64,000 bases of DNA, taken from contig JAZDFF010000011.1 in assembly GCA_043808095.1 (NCBI GenBank), positions 48,030 through 112,029 on the forward strand. Reading direction: 5' to 3'. Source of the DNA: Candidatus Omnitrophota bacterium. GTDB taxonomy: Bacteria; Omnitrophota; Gorgyraeia; JAZDFF01. Shown piece by piece: positions 1 to 9,744 of the stretch (position 1 is its first letter; each line of letters begins with the position of its first letter). The notes beneath the pieces were generated by a model. That model did no database searches. It had not been told where the DNA came from and was given only the letters and a program-made list of their open reading frames with translations. A program made the position numbers and the translations under genes.

Positions 1-704
1 TTCGCCCCTAATTCTTTTATTTTTTTATCAAGTTGTCTTAAAGTCTTACGATACCAAATACCTAAAATAAAAATCGTAACCCCGAGGCAGATTAGCATTA
101 AAGGAAAGGCCTTAATGATAAAGTCCTCAAAACTTAAGCCTGCTTTAGTAGCAATCAAAATACCTATGGGATTACCTAAAACAGTACCGCTTGAGCCGAT
201 GTTAGTAACAAGCACTGAGCTGATAATAAAAGGAATCGGGTCAACCTCAAAATAATCGCAGATTTCTAAGATTGCTGCCACCATAAAGATGATGGAAGTA
301 ACCTCATCTACGGCGCAGGCAAGCAATGCAGAAATAATAGAAACTGAAATAAGGAATTTATTTGCCGTGAGATTACGAATTCTTAAAATAAGACTCACGA
401 GCCACGCAAAAAGTCCCGCATCCTTTAAGAGCCCGACCAAAATCATCATTCCTACTAAAAACAAGATTATTTCAAGGGAAGAGTATTTGATTAGACTTTC
501 TAAATCAATAGTGCGGCTAAGTAGCAATATAGAGGTTCCTAAAAAGGCAAAACTCAGACGAAAATCCCAGAAAAACAGGGTTCCCAATATCGAGGCGGAA
601 AATATGGAGATAGCAGTTGCCTGGTGGTAATTAAGTCCGATATTTTTTACAAAAAATCCCAGGCCTAATGAAATAATAATGAGAAAAATAAATTTTTTAA
701 TCAT
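1..704 (-). CDS. ArsB/NhaD (SLC13-like) anion permease, 5' part; runs off the window
   Basis: Manual translation from ATG at 704: MIKKFIFLIIISLGLG...VDEVTSIIFM...TNIGSSGTVLGNPIGILIA, with the ArsB/NhaD motifs DxxT and NIGxxxTxxGNP; not in the ORF track. Confidence 0.85.
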   Translation of the reverse strand, partial: MIKKFIFLIIISLGLGFFVKNIGLNYHQATAISIFSASILGTLFFWDFRLSFAFLGTSILLLSRTIDLESLIKYSSLEIILFLVGMMILVGLLKDAGLFAWLVSLILRIRNLTANKFLISVSIISALLACAVDEVTSIIFMVAAILEICDYFEVDPIPFIISSVLVTNIGSSGTVLGNPIGILIATKAGLSFEDFIIKAFPLMLICLGVTIFILGIWYRKTLRQLDKKIKELGA

Positions 705-716
705 TTTTAAATTTGT

Positions 717-1169
717 TTAAGGAATATCTGCCTCTTTAGTTAATGCCTCAAGCACATCAGCCCTTGCCACAATTCCCACCACCCTACCCGTCTTATCTAA
801 AATAGGCAATCTCCTTGCCCTCTGGGTAAGCATAACCCTGGCTATCTCGCATAAAGTAGTCTCTTCATTTACAGTAACCACATCTTTACGCATAATCTGG
901 CTGACCTTAATATTGGCTAATTCATTGAATTTCCTTTTTGTTGATTTGAGATTTTCACTATAAACAAACCTACCTACTTTCTCGATATAGCTGGGCAGGA
1001 TATAACCTAAAACCTCCTTTTCCGTAAACATGCCTAAAAGTTTACCATTTTCGTCAATTACCGGCAGGCCGCTAATCTGCATCTTTTTTAACAACTTTAG
1101 TGCTTCGTGTACGTTGATATCAAGAGGAATGCTCTTTACATCTTTTGTCATTATCTCTTTTACCTTCAT
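717..1169 (-). CDS. Tandem CBS domain protein
   Basis: MKVKEIMTKDV...ISGLPVID...LLGMFT...RRLPILDKTGRVVGIV: a CBS pair. Confidence 0.9.
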   Translation of the reverse strand: MKVKEIMTKDVKSIPLDINVHEALKLLKKMQISGLPVIDENGKLLGMFTEKEVLGYILPSYIEKVGRFVYSENLKSTKRKFNELANIKVSQIMRKDVVTVNEETTLCEIARVMLTQRARRLPILDKTGRVVGIVARADVLEALTKEADIP

Positions 1170-1380
1170 AATTTCCCCCCTATTATGAGAGTTTCTGCTA
1201 ACTTAACCGGGTTAAATTCGAAACACGAAGCACGAAATACGAAATAAACTCGCATTTTCTAATTCTTTAATGTTCAAGGCTTTTGTTTTGGGTTTGGTCA
1301 TTTGAAAATTTGGCCATTAAAAAATTGTTTCGGATTTAATGTCTATTTTCATTTTAAATTAGCAGTATCTTGAAATAAAC

Positions 1381-1497
1381 TTTACCCCGACGCCCCGACG
1401 AAACGTCGGGGGTCGGGGTATCCCGACTGAAGCGAAGCGAAACGTCGGGAAACCCCAAAAGAAAAGAGGCCACGGACTTCAGTCCGTGGAGTTTCAC
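1381..1497. repeat. Cluster of palindromic REP-like elements including an IS200/IS605-end-like hairpin
   Basis: CCCCGACGAAACGTCGGGG and GCCACGGACTTCAGTCCGTGG hairpins. Confidence 0.6.
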
Positions 1498-1567
1498 TAT
1501 TGTACGGGATAATCTGCGCTTATCTGTGATTGAGATATCCTTTAAAAAGACAATTCTCAATAATCCT

Positions 1568-1840
1568 TTATTTAGAAGAACTTTTATTGATGGTCTCTTC
1601 CATGGCCTTCTCGCGCTCTGCTTGCTGTTTATTAATTGCACCTACCTTGCTTTTTATGCTATCCAGCAGTGCTTTCTGATTTGTGCTATCAATACCTTCT
1701 TCTGTTAAGACTTTCTGGGTATCATTATTCAGGTTTGGCTTTTTTAAATAAGTCTTTAAGATAAAGTAACTCAAAAATGATATAATGACTAAAACCAATA
1801 AGATTTCAATAAAACCGAAAGCCCTTTTTTGTTTTAACAT
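1568..1840 (-). CDS. Small prepilin-type (class III signal peptide) protein
   Basis: N-terminus KQKRA|FGFIEILLVLVIISFL: basic leader, Phe at +1, Glu at +5, hydrophobic helix. Confidence 0.65.
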   Translation of the reverse strand: MLKQKRAFGFIEILLVLVIISFLSYFILKTYLKKPNLNNDTQKVLTEEGIDSTNQKALLDSIKSKVGAINKQQAEREKAMEETINKSSSK

Positions 1841-1955
1841 ATTTAATGAGTAGATAATTTATGCCATACAACCTACGTCACTTTGTTCCGAAAGTTACGG
1901 CTTCATTTAATTCTACTGCTAAAATCTTAAATAAACAATTTAAATTTTTTAACAC

Positions 1956-2963
1956 TTATTCTTCTAACAGGCCAAGATTAAGGCCTGACTTCACCGGCTG
2001 CCTCAGGCGGCATTCATCAATAATCTCAAACATTTCTTTTTTAGTCTTGGCGTAAGATGCCTTTTCTCGAAGCGGACGTATATTACTAAGGCCCTGACTA
2101 TACCAATGAAAGAATTTACGAAATCTGATCAACCCGTTTCTTTCGCCATAAAAGGCGATATTAGCTTTTAAATGTTTAGTCATTGTATCGCAGATCTCGC
2201 TAATCTTGGGTCTCTGGGGGGACTTATTATTTTTTAAAAACTTTTCGGTCTGCCTAAATATCCAGGGATTTCCCAGGGCGCCGCGGGCAAAGACTACGGC
2301 GTCGCAGCCTGTCTCATCAAACATTTTTTTAGCTAAAAACGGCGAAAATATATCACCGCTCGCAATAACCGGAATCACTATGGCCTTTTTTACTTTCCTG
2401 ATGATTTCATAATCTACTTTATCCCGGTATTCCTGGGCCTTGGTCCTGCCGTGGATAAACAAGCCGGCTATTCCGGCATCTTCACAGATGAGGGCAACAT
2501 CTCTGGCATTTATCGAATCCTGGTCCCAGCCGCTTCTTATCTTTACTGTAACCGGAACCTTTGAATTACTAACCAAATCTTTAAGCAGGTTTTGTAATTT
2601 TTTCGGCTCTTTTAAGAGACTGGCACCCTCGCCCCTATGCACCACCTTTCTTACCGGACAGGCGGCATTAAAATCCAAAAGATCAAACTTATACTTTTTC
2701 TGGACGATTTCCAATGCCATTAAAATAAATCTCGGCTCGCATCCTAATAACTGTATCCCTAAAGGCCTGTCTTTAGGATGTCCGGTGAGCATCTCTTCTG
2801 TCTTTTTGCTCTTATAACTAATAGAACGCACATTGAGCATCTCAACAAAAGCCAGCTCACAGCCAAATTCGCGGTTAAGCAGACGATATGGTAAATCGCT
2901 GATACCCGCCAGGGGTGAAAGAATAAGATTAGACTTTAATTTAAGGCTTCCGATTTTCAGCAT
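1956..2963 (-). CDS. dusB: tRNA-dihydrouridine synthase (DusB/NifR3 family)
   Basis: LSPLAGISDLPYR, DFNAACPVRKV, VTVKIRSGWD, HGRT, RGALGNPWIF. Confidence 0.9.
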   Translation of the reverse strand: MLKIGSLKLKSNLILSPLAGISDLPYRLLNREFGCELAFVEMLNVRSISYKSKKTEEMLTGHPKDRPLGIQLLGCEPRFILMALEIVQKKYKFDLLDFNAACPVRKVVHRGEGASLLKEPKKLQNLLKDLVSNSKVPVTVKIRSGWDQDSINARDVALICEDAGIAGLFIHGRTKAQEYRDKVDYEIIRKVKKAIVIPVIASGDIFSPFLAKKMFDETGCDAVVFARGALGNPWIFRQTEKFLKNNKSPQRPKISEICDTMTKHLKANIAFYGERNGLIRFRKFFHWYSQGLSNIRPLREKASYAKTKKEMFEIIDECRLRQPVKSGLNLGLLEE

Positions 2964-3095
2964 AGTGGCTATTTATAAAATAAGGTGAGCAAAGTAAATC
3001 CCGTTAGAGAGTTTTCTAACGGGGTAAATTAAAAATCTTTTTACCTAACAGGATGGCGGACGTAAAAAATTTGTTCTTTGCGTTTTGGCGGTTAT

Positions 3096-3818
3096 TTAAA
3101 CCTTCTTTTCTTTGATGTCCCTGGCAAGAATTAAGGCCTCGGCTACCTCGCGCATGGATTTACGGCTGTCCATGCTTTGTTTTTGAATCAGCCGATATGC
3201 CTCTGATGGCAGAATATTTGCTTCCTGAGAAAGAATATCCTTTGCCCGTTCGATGAGTTTGCGGGTGGTGAGCGCCTCTTCGGCGCTGCGAACCTTTAAA
3301 TCCAATTCCGCGTTCTCAATAGCCACCGCTGCCTGATTAGCTAAGGCACTTAATAGACCCAATTCATGTTTAGTAAATTTATGTTTTTTAGAAGTATAGC
3401 AATTAAGCACACCTATGACCCTTCCCTTGACTGCCAAGGGAACACTGGCCAGAGAGCATAGCCTTTCTTTTTTGGCAATATCCCGGTTTAAGTAACGCTC
3501 ATCCTCTCTGACATCCAAGACGCAGATAGGTTTATTATCCCTGGCAACGATACCGGCAATCCCTTCCCCTAATTTTAAGTTCAGCTTTTTATTATAGGCC
3601 TCGGAGATTGACTGGGTAGCTTTTACTACTAACTCTTTTTTTCCCGGATCCAAAAGCATTAAAGAAGAGATCTTGGAATTCATTATCTCGGCGGTGACAT
3701 TAACTACCAGACGTAGTAGTTCTTCTAAATATAGGCCTGAGGTAATCAGATTGGCAATTTTCGAAAGGGCCTCGATCTGTCTCAAATAAACCTGATAACC
3801 CTTTTTTGACTTAGGCAT
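3096..3818 (-). CDS. GAF and ANTAR domain RNA-binding regulator
   Basis: GAF (GEGIAGIV...SLASVPL...VIGVLNCY...ANQAAVAIENA) plus ANTAR (RKLIERAKDIL...EAYRLIQKQSMDSRKSMREVAEAL). Confidence 0.9.
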   Translation of the reverse strand: MPKSKKGYQVYLRQIEALSKIANLITSGLYLEELLRLVVNVTAEIMNSKISSLMLLDPGKKELVVKATQSISEAYNKKLNLKLGEGIAGIVARDNKPICVLDVREDERYLNRDIAKKERLCSLASVPLAVKGRVIGVLNCYTSKKHKFTKHELGLLSALANQAAVAIENAELDLKVRSAEEALTTRKLIERAKDILSQEANILPSEAYRLIQKQSMDSRKSMREVAEALILARDIKEKKV

Positions 3819-3827
3819 AAGTAATCC

Positions 3828-4103
3828 TTAAATTCGAAACAAATCTTTAGAAAACCCTAAACACTAAATTCTTCCCGCACAACTTGTAAAATATAGCGGG
3901 ATCCCGCAAAGCGGGAAAATCCTAAACAAACCTTAAACTCAAATTTTAAAATCCAAAAGCGCCTAACTTAGCTTGGGTTTTAGATTTTGTATTTTAGCCA
4001 TTTTGGGTTTATTTAGAGTTTGGGGTTTCGGATTTAGGGTTTACAATATTGGCTTTGTTGTTTTGGGATTCCATACTTCGTGCTTCGGATTTAGGGTTTA
4101 AAT
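3828..4103. repeat. Long imperfect inverted element of 7-bp-periodic units with an internal CCCGCAAAGCGGG hairpin
   Basis: Left arm of AAATTCG/AAACCCT/AAATCCT units, right arm of TTCGGATTTAGGGTTT units; related sequence at 1215-1340. Confidence 0.6.
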
Positions 4104-4107
4104 TAAC

Positions 4108-5439
4108 TTATAGTATCGGCAGGTATTTATCTATCTCGTATTGGGTAACCTGGGCTTTATATTCATCCCATTCCATTTTTTTGTTGCGGATAAAATATGC
4201 AAAAACGAAATCGCCTAATGCCTTTTTTACTAACTCGGATTTCTCGGTTAGTTTTATCGCTTCTAGCAAATCTTCTGGCAATGATTTAATCCTGGCGCGC
4301 TGTCTTTCTTCTTCAGTCATTCTATAAATATTGTCGTTTGCTGGCTCTATTAACGGGTATTTCTTTTCTAAACCCTCCAGTCCTGCGGTTAACATCGCCG
4401 AGAATGCCAGATAAGGATTGCAGGCCGGGTCAGGTGCGCGGTATTCAATACGCGTGGATTTTTCTCTACCGGGCTTATACATGGGAATGCGTATCAGCGC
4501 AGAACGGTTCATCTGTGCCCAGCACAGATACACCGGCGCTTCATATCCTGGAACTAATCTCTTATAGGAATTAACCCATTGGTTAGTCACCGAGGTAATT
4601 TCCGGAGCATGTTTAAGAAGGCCTGATATAAAGAGTTTGGCAATTTTGGAAATATGAAATTTATCTTTCGGATCAAAAAAGGCATTTCTTTTACCCTTAA
4701 AAAGAGACATGTGCGTATGCATTCCCGAGCCGTTTATGCCGAATACGGGCTTGGGCATAAAAGTAGCATGCAGGCCCTTTTGTTGGGCGAACTCCTTGAC
4801 TACAAAACGATAGGTCATGACATTGTCCGCCATAGTAAGTGCATCAGTATAACGCAGGTCTATCTCATGCTGGCTGGAGGCTACTTCATGATGGCTGTAT
4901 TCTACGACTATGCCTAACCCCTCCAGGGCCATAATAGTCTCCTGCCGCACATCCTGGGCAAAATCTAAAGGTGTCAGGTCAAAATATCCGCCCCTGTCCA
5001 AGACGATGGTGTTCTTAGGATTATTAAAATAAAAATATTCCAATTCCGGGCCGACATAATAGGTAAAACCCATCTTTTTTGCGCGCGCCAGGTTCTTTTT
5101 TAATACGTAGCGGGGGTCTCCTTCAAAAGGTTTGCCATCAGGGGTATAGATATCACAAAACATGCGGGCAACGTTACGGCCTTCTTTTGCCTCCCAGGGT
5201 AAAAGGGCAAAGGTATCCGGATCTGGCTTAGCAATCATGTCCGACTCTTCTATGCGGGCAAAACCCTCAATGGATGAGCCGTCAAATCCCATACCGTCTT
5301 CTAACGCCCGGGGCAATTCATCAATAGTCAAATCCAGGCCTTTTAAAAACCCCAATACGTCGGTAAACCAGAGCCGGATGTGTCTTACCTGCTTCTGTTT
5401 TACAATCTTCATTATCTCTTGTTTAGATCTTGAAGCCAT
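4108..5439 (-). CDS. glnA: Glutamine synthetase type I
   Basis: FDGSSIEGF, GPELEYF, HHEVASSQHE, FMPKP, NGSGMHTH, NRSALIRIP, RIEYRAPDPACNPYL. Confidence 0.95.
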   Translation of the reverse strand: MASRSKQEIMKIVKQKQVRHIRLWFTDVLGFLKGLDLTIDELPRALEDGMGFDGSSIEGFARIEESDMIAKPDPDTFALLPWEAKEGRNVARMFCDIYTPDGKPFEGDPRYVLKKNLARAKKMGFTYYVGPELEYFYFNNPKNTIVLDRGGYFDLTPLDFAQDVRQETIMALEGLGIVVEYSHHEVASSQHEIDLRYTDALTMADNVMTYRFVVKEFAQQKGLHATFMPKPVFGINGSGMHTHMSLFKGKRNAFFDPKDKFHISKIAKLFISGLLKHAPEITSVTNQWVNSYKRLVPGYEAPVYLCWAQMNRSALIRIPMYKPGREKSTRIEYRAPDPACNPYLAFSAMLTAGLEGLEKKYPLIEPANDNIYRMTEEERQRARIKSLPEDLLEAIKLTEKSELVKKALGDFVFAYFIRNKKMEWDEYKAQVTQYEIDKYLPIL

Positions 5440-5650
5440 TTATGCCTCCTTTAATGAGCGCTTGATTTATGGAGCACAAGGTGCGACATAAGTCAATCTT
5501 TTATGAATAGCATCTTTGATTGTGCGAATTGAATCCGCCAATGCTTTGTGGCGGATAGATTTCATTCGATTACAACGGATTTTTTTATTTTACATCAGTA
5601 CGAGTTTAAAGTAAAGCAAATTCCTCTGTTTGAATGGTTCAAATGGCAGG

Positions 5651-6394
5651 TTATCTCTTTTCTTGAGAGGTTAGTCTTTGTTGCAGAAATTCCCTGAACT
5701 CCTGGGGATACTCTATCTTTGCCTTCCCGGCTGAGCATTTATCGATACTTTCGATAATCTTGGGTATCCTCTCATAAGGAATGCTGATCAATAATTTATC
5801 TTTTTCTACATTACAGAGTTTTCTGGCAGTATAGTCATAGAAAGACAAATTAACCTCACCCGTTAGTAATGGATAGATGATACTCAACCGACAGGTCGGG
5901 CCTCCGATCTTAATCTTAGGCATATTGCCGTCTATAAAGGTTGAAAGCGTAAGCAGCCGGCAGGCGCTTTCGGGATTAGAGATAAAGATTACTAATTGCG
6001 GCTTAAATTCGCATTTTTCCATCGGGGAGAGGACAAAATAGGACTTAGAGTTATCGCCAACGTCTTCCATCTGGGAAATGAGCTTATCCAGGGCTTCGTA
6101 TGAACAGAATAACTTTTCTCCTTCAACCACAAACTGCTTTACCATCTGAATGATTTTGGGGTCTTTAAAATCGTAAAAACCCAAATGCCAGCCGGCCCCG
6201 AAACAGGCATTCGTGTCTTTGGCTATCTGAAGGGTCTCGCCTTTTGCGGCATCCAATATTGCCCGGCAGATGCGCAGCCTCTTATTACTATCTTTTAAAA
6301 ACGGTTCTTTCATACAGCTTAAGGCCACCGGGCTATATTCTAAATTAAGCAACTCTTTTAAAATTAATGAAAATTCCTGCCATTGTTTCTGCAT
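5651..6394 (-). CDS. DUF169 family protein
   Basis: L.LEYSPVAL, Cys motifs (RICRA, NACFGA, PTCR), P.LVIF..NP; SD GGAG precedes ATG at 6394. Confidence 0.75.
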   Translation of the reverse strand: MQKQWQEFSLILKELLNLEYSPVALSCMKEPFLKDSNKRLRICRAILDAAKGETLQIAKDTNACFGAGWHLGFYDFKDPKIIQMVKQFVVEGEKLFCSYEALDKLISQMEDVGDNSKSYFVLSPMEKCEFKPQLVIFISNPESACRLLTLSTFIDGNMPKIKIGGPTCRLSIIYPLLTGEVNLSFYDYTARKLCNVEKDKLLISIPYERIPKIIESIDKCSAGKAKIEYPQEFREFLQQRLTSQEKR

Positions 6395-6407
6395 AGTTAT
6401 CTCCATT

Positions 6408-6745
6408 AATGAGCAGACGACTTACGGAACGAAAGTGCGACGCCCTATTTCGCTAAAGCTTCCTACTACGCTAAAGCTTCGTAGGACAAGTCGTAGGGCT
6501 GTTTCCGAGACCTTGGCGAAGGAAAACGTAAGTCGTAGCTCCGACGATACGTCGGAGCGCCTGCGCCTGCCTACTGGCAGGCGAGCATCCATACCGAAAA
6601 ACCGAGCTTCAAAACCTATGTACATAGTTTTGGCGGGTTTATCCCGTTACACCCAGAAAGCCCCGGTCTTAAGACTGGGATAAAATGGCAAATTAAAATT
6701 AACCATAGAAAATCCCCGTCCTTTATTGACAGGGTGTAATGGGGC
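6408..6745. mobile_element. Composite non-autonomous (MITE/REP-like) element, AATGAG family, with nested palindromes
   Basis: Starts AATGAGCAGACGACTTACGGA (identical to 33529); contains CCTACTACGCTAAAGCTTCGTAGG, CCGACGATACGTCGG and IS200/605-end-like hairpins. Confidence 0.55.
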
Positions 6746-7666
6746 TTACTTCTGTCGTGCTAGATATCTGAAGGCTGACAAGGCTGCCTTTGAGCCTTCT
6801 CCGGCTGCGATAATGATTTGTTTTTCCGGCATATCCGTAACATCGCCGGCTGCAAAAATTCCTGCGATATTAGTCTGGTTATAGCGGTCTATCTTGATTT
6901 CGCCGTATTGGTTTTTATCTATACCCTCGGCAAATTCCGAATTCGGAACAAGGCCGATTTCTACAAAAATCCCCTCAACCGGAATTGTCTCAACTTTACC
7001 TTCCCTTTTTATCTTGATGCCGCTTGCTAACTTCTGGCCGAGGACCGCTATCACCTGGCTATTATTAAGGACGGTTACTTTATTGCTTTCCTTAACCTTC
7101 TCCTGCATTATGGCGTCGCCGTTAAGGCCTGAGGCGCTATTTATAATATAAACGTGCCTGGCGATTCTTATTAATTGAAGCACGGCATCTAAGGCAGAGT
7201 TGCCGCCGCCGATAACCGCGACATCTTTTTGGCTAAACAACGGTCCGTCGCAGGTAGCGCAGTAGCTTAAGCCTTTATTCTTAAACTCACGTTCACCTGG
7301 TACATTAAGTTCTCTGGAGTGCTTACCCGAGGCAATAATCGCTGTCTTTGCTGTATAGGCGCCTTTATTGGTCTTAACGCTTACTATATTATTTACCTTT
7401 TTAATCTCAGCAACTATTTCGTTCTCTCTTAATTCAAGATTGTATTTACGCAGATGCTCTTCAAATTTAGCAGCTAACTCCGGACCGGTAATAAACTGAT
7501 AGCCGGTATAATTTTCTATATCACCGCTCCATGCAGCCTGACCGCCGATATCGCCGGTAATAACTAAGGTATTCAGCCTCTTACGTGCAGCGTAGACACT
7601 TGCGGTTATTCCCGCCGGACCTGCCCCGATAATAATCAAGTCATACATATCGTTTGTACTATTCAA
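6746..7666 (-). CDS. trxB: Thioredoxin-disulfide reductase (TrxB/AhpF C-terminal type); start may be the ATG at 7648
   Basis: GAGPAG, YCATCDG, GGGNSA, FAAGDVT. Confidence 0.9.
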   Translation of the reverse strand: MNSTNDMYDLIIIGAGPAGITASVYAARKRLNTLVITGDIGGQAAWSGDIENYTGYQFITGPELAAKFEEHLRKYNLELRENEIVAEIKKVNNIVSVKTNKGAYTAKTAIIASGKHSRELNVPGEREFKNKGLSYCATCDGPLFSQKDVAVIGGGNSALDAVLQLIRIARHVYIINSASGLNGDAIMQEKVKESNKVTVLNNSQVIAVLGQKLASGIKIKREGKVETIPVEGIFVEIGLVPNSEFAEGIDKNQYGEIKIDRYNQTNIAGIFAAGDVTDMPEKQIIIAAGEGSKAALSAFRYLARQK

Positions 7667-7847
7667 AAGTCATATTAACAGCTTCCTTCGTTTTCGAAGC
7701 TCGTCTCTCGGTATGGATGCTCGTATCGATGCTCGTCTTTAGAGGCTCGTCCTTAAAATATTTTTCGAGCATCGAGCTTCCAGCTTCGATACTAGCATCT
7801 ACAACGTCAGACGAACATCTAGCATCTGGTATCTATAATCTATCTTC

Positions 7848-8087
7848 TTAACCTATCCCTAACGCCTGGCTTATCCTCTCTTTATCAAACCCGACTATAA
7901 TCTCTCCGTCTATATCTAAGACCGGAACACCCATCTGTCCGGAGATACGGATCATCTCCTCGGCTGCCTCGTGGTTGGCGGCTACATCAATATCTTGAAA
8001 TGAGATGTTGTTTTCCTTTAAGAATTGCTTGGCCCGGATACAGAAAGGGCACGTAGAGGTGCTATATACCTTGACTGTTTTATCCAT
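7848..8087 (-). CDS. Glutaredoxin-like protein (YruB/NrdH type)
   Basis: CPFC active site, GQMGVPV. Confidence 0.9.
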   Translation of the reverse strand: MDKTVKVYSTSTCPFCIRAKQFLKENNISFQDIDVAANHEAAEEMIRISGQMGVPVLDIDGEIIVGFDKERISQALGIG

Positions 8088-8109
8088 GCATTGCCTCCTG
8101 GTATAATCG

Positions 8110-8222
8110 TTTAAGGGTCAGGAAGGGATAGTAGGAATCAGTAAGGGTTAGTAGGGGAGTTTAAAATTTTTAACCTTTCTAACCCTTTCTATCCCCTGCT
8201 ATAACCTACTAACCCCTAAACG
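8110..8222. repeat. 10-bp-periodic inverted repeat element
   Basis: (AAGGGNTAGN)n arm followed by (CTANCCCCT)n arm; sibling at 24800-24912. Confidence 0.65.
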
Positions 8223-8255
8223 TACTGTAATTGTTTTATGAAGTTTATAGGATGC

Positions 8256-8732
8256 CTAAATAGATGCTCTTAAATCCAACAACTGCTTTAAGTGGCTTTG
8301 TTCTTGAGCAACCAAATTATCTATTGCCTTATGATCGCTTATTGGAACCACCTTCTTCATCCCCTCATAAAAAACAACTGAGTCCTTTTCAAACTTTATG
8401 CCGATGTCTACAGCTTCTTTATCGCCTTTAATTTTTTGCGCGATTTCGTTTCCTTTATTTTCCTGGGTAAACACATATTCTACGGCCAAAGCGCTCATAT
8501 AAGCCAGGTATTCTCCAGGATAAGATTCTGGCGGCTCATATCTGCCTACCGACTCCAGCATCTCTTGAAAGACAATAATGTGTTTTTCTTCCTCGCCTTT
8601 AAGAAATACAAAGACTTTCTTTATCCTGGGATCCCGGGTTTGACCTGCTATGGTGTTATAAAAATCCCTGCCATTTTTCTCAATCTGAATTCCCAACTCC
8701 ACTATCTCGCTACCTGAAAAAATATTGGCCAT
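8256..8732 (-). CDS. Rubrerythrin/ferritin-like di-iron protein
   Basis: E..G..FY, EEEKH, EKDSVVFY, EQSH di-iron motifs. Confidence 0.85.
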   Translation of the reverse strand: MANIFSGSEIVELGIQIEKNGRDFYNTIAGQTRDPRIKKVFVFLKGEEEKHIIVFQEMLESVGRYEPPESYPGEYLAYMSALAVEYVFTQENKGNEIAQKIKGDKEAVDIGIKFEKDSVVFYEGMKKVVPISDHKAIDNLVAQEQSHLKQLLDLRASI

Positions 8733-8734
8733 AA

Positions 8735-9205
8735 TTATCCTCCTGCCTTTATTCTATGCGGTGTAAGATCGACTAATTCTTTCACCTCCATGACAATCAT
8801 ATATTGCGGCTTTGGTAAAAGCGCCTCGGGATGCCTGGGATGGCCTTTCTCGCCGCGAAGATTCTTGATTATCCTCTGCGAAATTCTACCGGTTATCTTT
8901 TCATCCCAGGTTTTGATAATTTCAGGACTAAACTCATCCTCCTTGATAATCTTGCCCCTACCCTTCAGGCAATAGCCTTTAAATTTATGTTCATCTACCG
9001 CCGTAATACTCATTTGAGGATTGTATTTTAAATTATCAAACGTCTTGCCCTGATAAAGATCGAGTAAATAAACAAATCCTTCGGGTTCTATCTTTACCAA
9101 TCCCTTACAGGCCTCATGCGGCATTCTGTCTCTACCAATAGTAGAAACAATGACGAAATTCTGATTAGAAAAGAAATTTATTATCTCTTCTGTCAGTTTT
9201 TTCAT
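8735..9205 (-). CDS. Pyridoxamine 5'-phosphate oxidase family (FMN-binding split barrel) protein
   Basis: FVIVST....PH, KTFDNLKYNP, GYCLKG. Confidence 0.8.
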   Translation of the reverse strand: MKKLTEEIINFFSNQNFVIVSTIGRDRMPHEACKGLVKIEPEGFVYLLDLYQGKTFDNLKYNPQMSITAVDEHKFKGYCLKGRGKIIKEDEFSPEIIKTWDEKITGRISQRIIKNLRGEKGHPRHPEALLPKPQYMIVMEVKELVDLTPHRIKAGG

Positions 9206-9228
9206 TAAGAGAATCTGACTCCCTGCAA

Positions 9229-9288
9229 CTAAATATTTGCCTCGGCTATCCAGCGGCCGTGGACATTACAGTCCTCAATGACTATAAG
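9229..9288 (-). pseudogene. Relic 3' end of a second superoxide reductase gene
   Basis: Translates as LIVIEDCNVHGRWIAEANI*, paralogous to LSVIELCNLHGAWISEAGL* of the adjacent gene. Confidence 0.75.
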
Positions 9289-9725
9289 CCTGCCTCGCTA
9301 ATCCAGGCACCGTGCAGATTACAGAGCTCTATTACGCTAAGTTTGCCACTTGAAACCTTAAGGTGGAGCGCAGCTGCTGGATTGAGCTTATCAGGAGTTA
9401 AGATTACCCTAGAAATAAACTCATTGTCTATATAAAAGTCGATGTGAATAATATAGTGCTTGGCTTCCATAGGGTGTTGAATCTGGCCAATTTTTACATG
9501 CACATCTTGACAATCCTCGGGGATTAAACTACATTTTTTTACAACAGTAATAATCGGCAGGTGCTTTTTCTCTAACTCGGTTAGATTATTTACATCCTGG
9601 GCAGTCTTTATAGCATCCCCTCTTTCTTCAAAAGCCGTCTTAGGTGCACCACACACAGGACATCTCTCTGGTGCACTACCATTTATAGATATAAACCCGC
9701 AAACCTTACATACATATCCTTTCAT
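9282..9725 (-). CDS. Superoxide reductase (desulfoferrodoxin-like) with N-terminal rubredoxin-type CxxC/CxxC domain
   Basis: CKVC...CPVC, then EKKH, HPM, HY and CNLHG ligands. Confidence 0.9.
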   Translation of the reverse strand: MKGYVCKVCGFISINGSAPERCPVCGAPKTAFEERGDAIKTAQDVNNLTELEKKHLPIITVVKKCSLIPEDCQDVHVKIGQIQHPMEAKHYIIHIDFYIDNEFISRVILTPDKLNPAAALHLKVSSGKLSVIELCNLHGAWISEAGL

Positions 9726-9744
9726 AGCATTAGCCCCCTTTCAT

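Noticed and set aside
5440-5640. ANTAR twin-hairpin target in the glnA leader
   Set aside because: Candidate hexaloops (AAAGCA, AAAGAT) lack proper 3-bp closing stems.
6270-6683. ORFs 6270..6683 and 6422..6625; likewise 1354..1641 and 16453..16737
   Set aside because: They lie over repeat mosaics and show no protein-family features.
8110-8222. Periodic repeats (also 24800-24912 and 16465-16825) as CRISPR arrays
   Set aside because: There are no identical 25-40 bp repeats separated by unique spacers, and no cas genes in the window.
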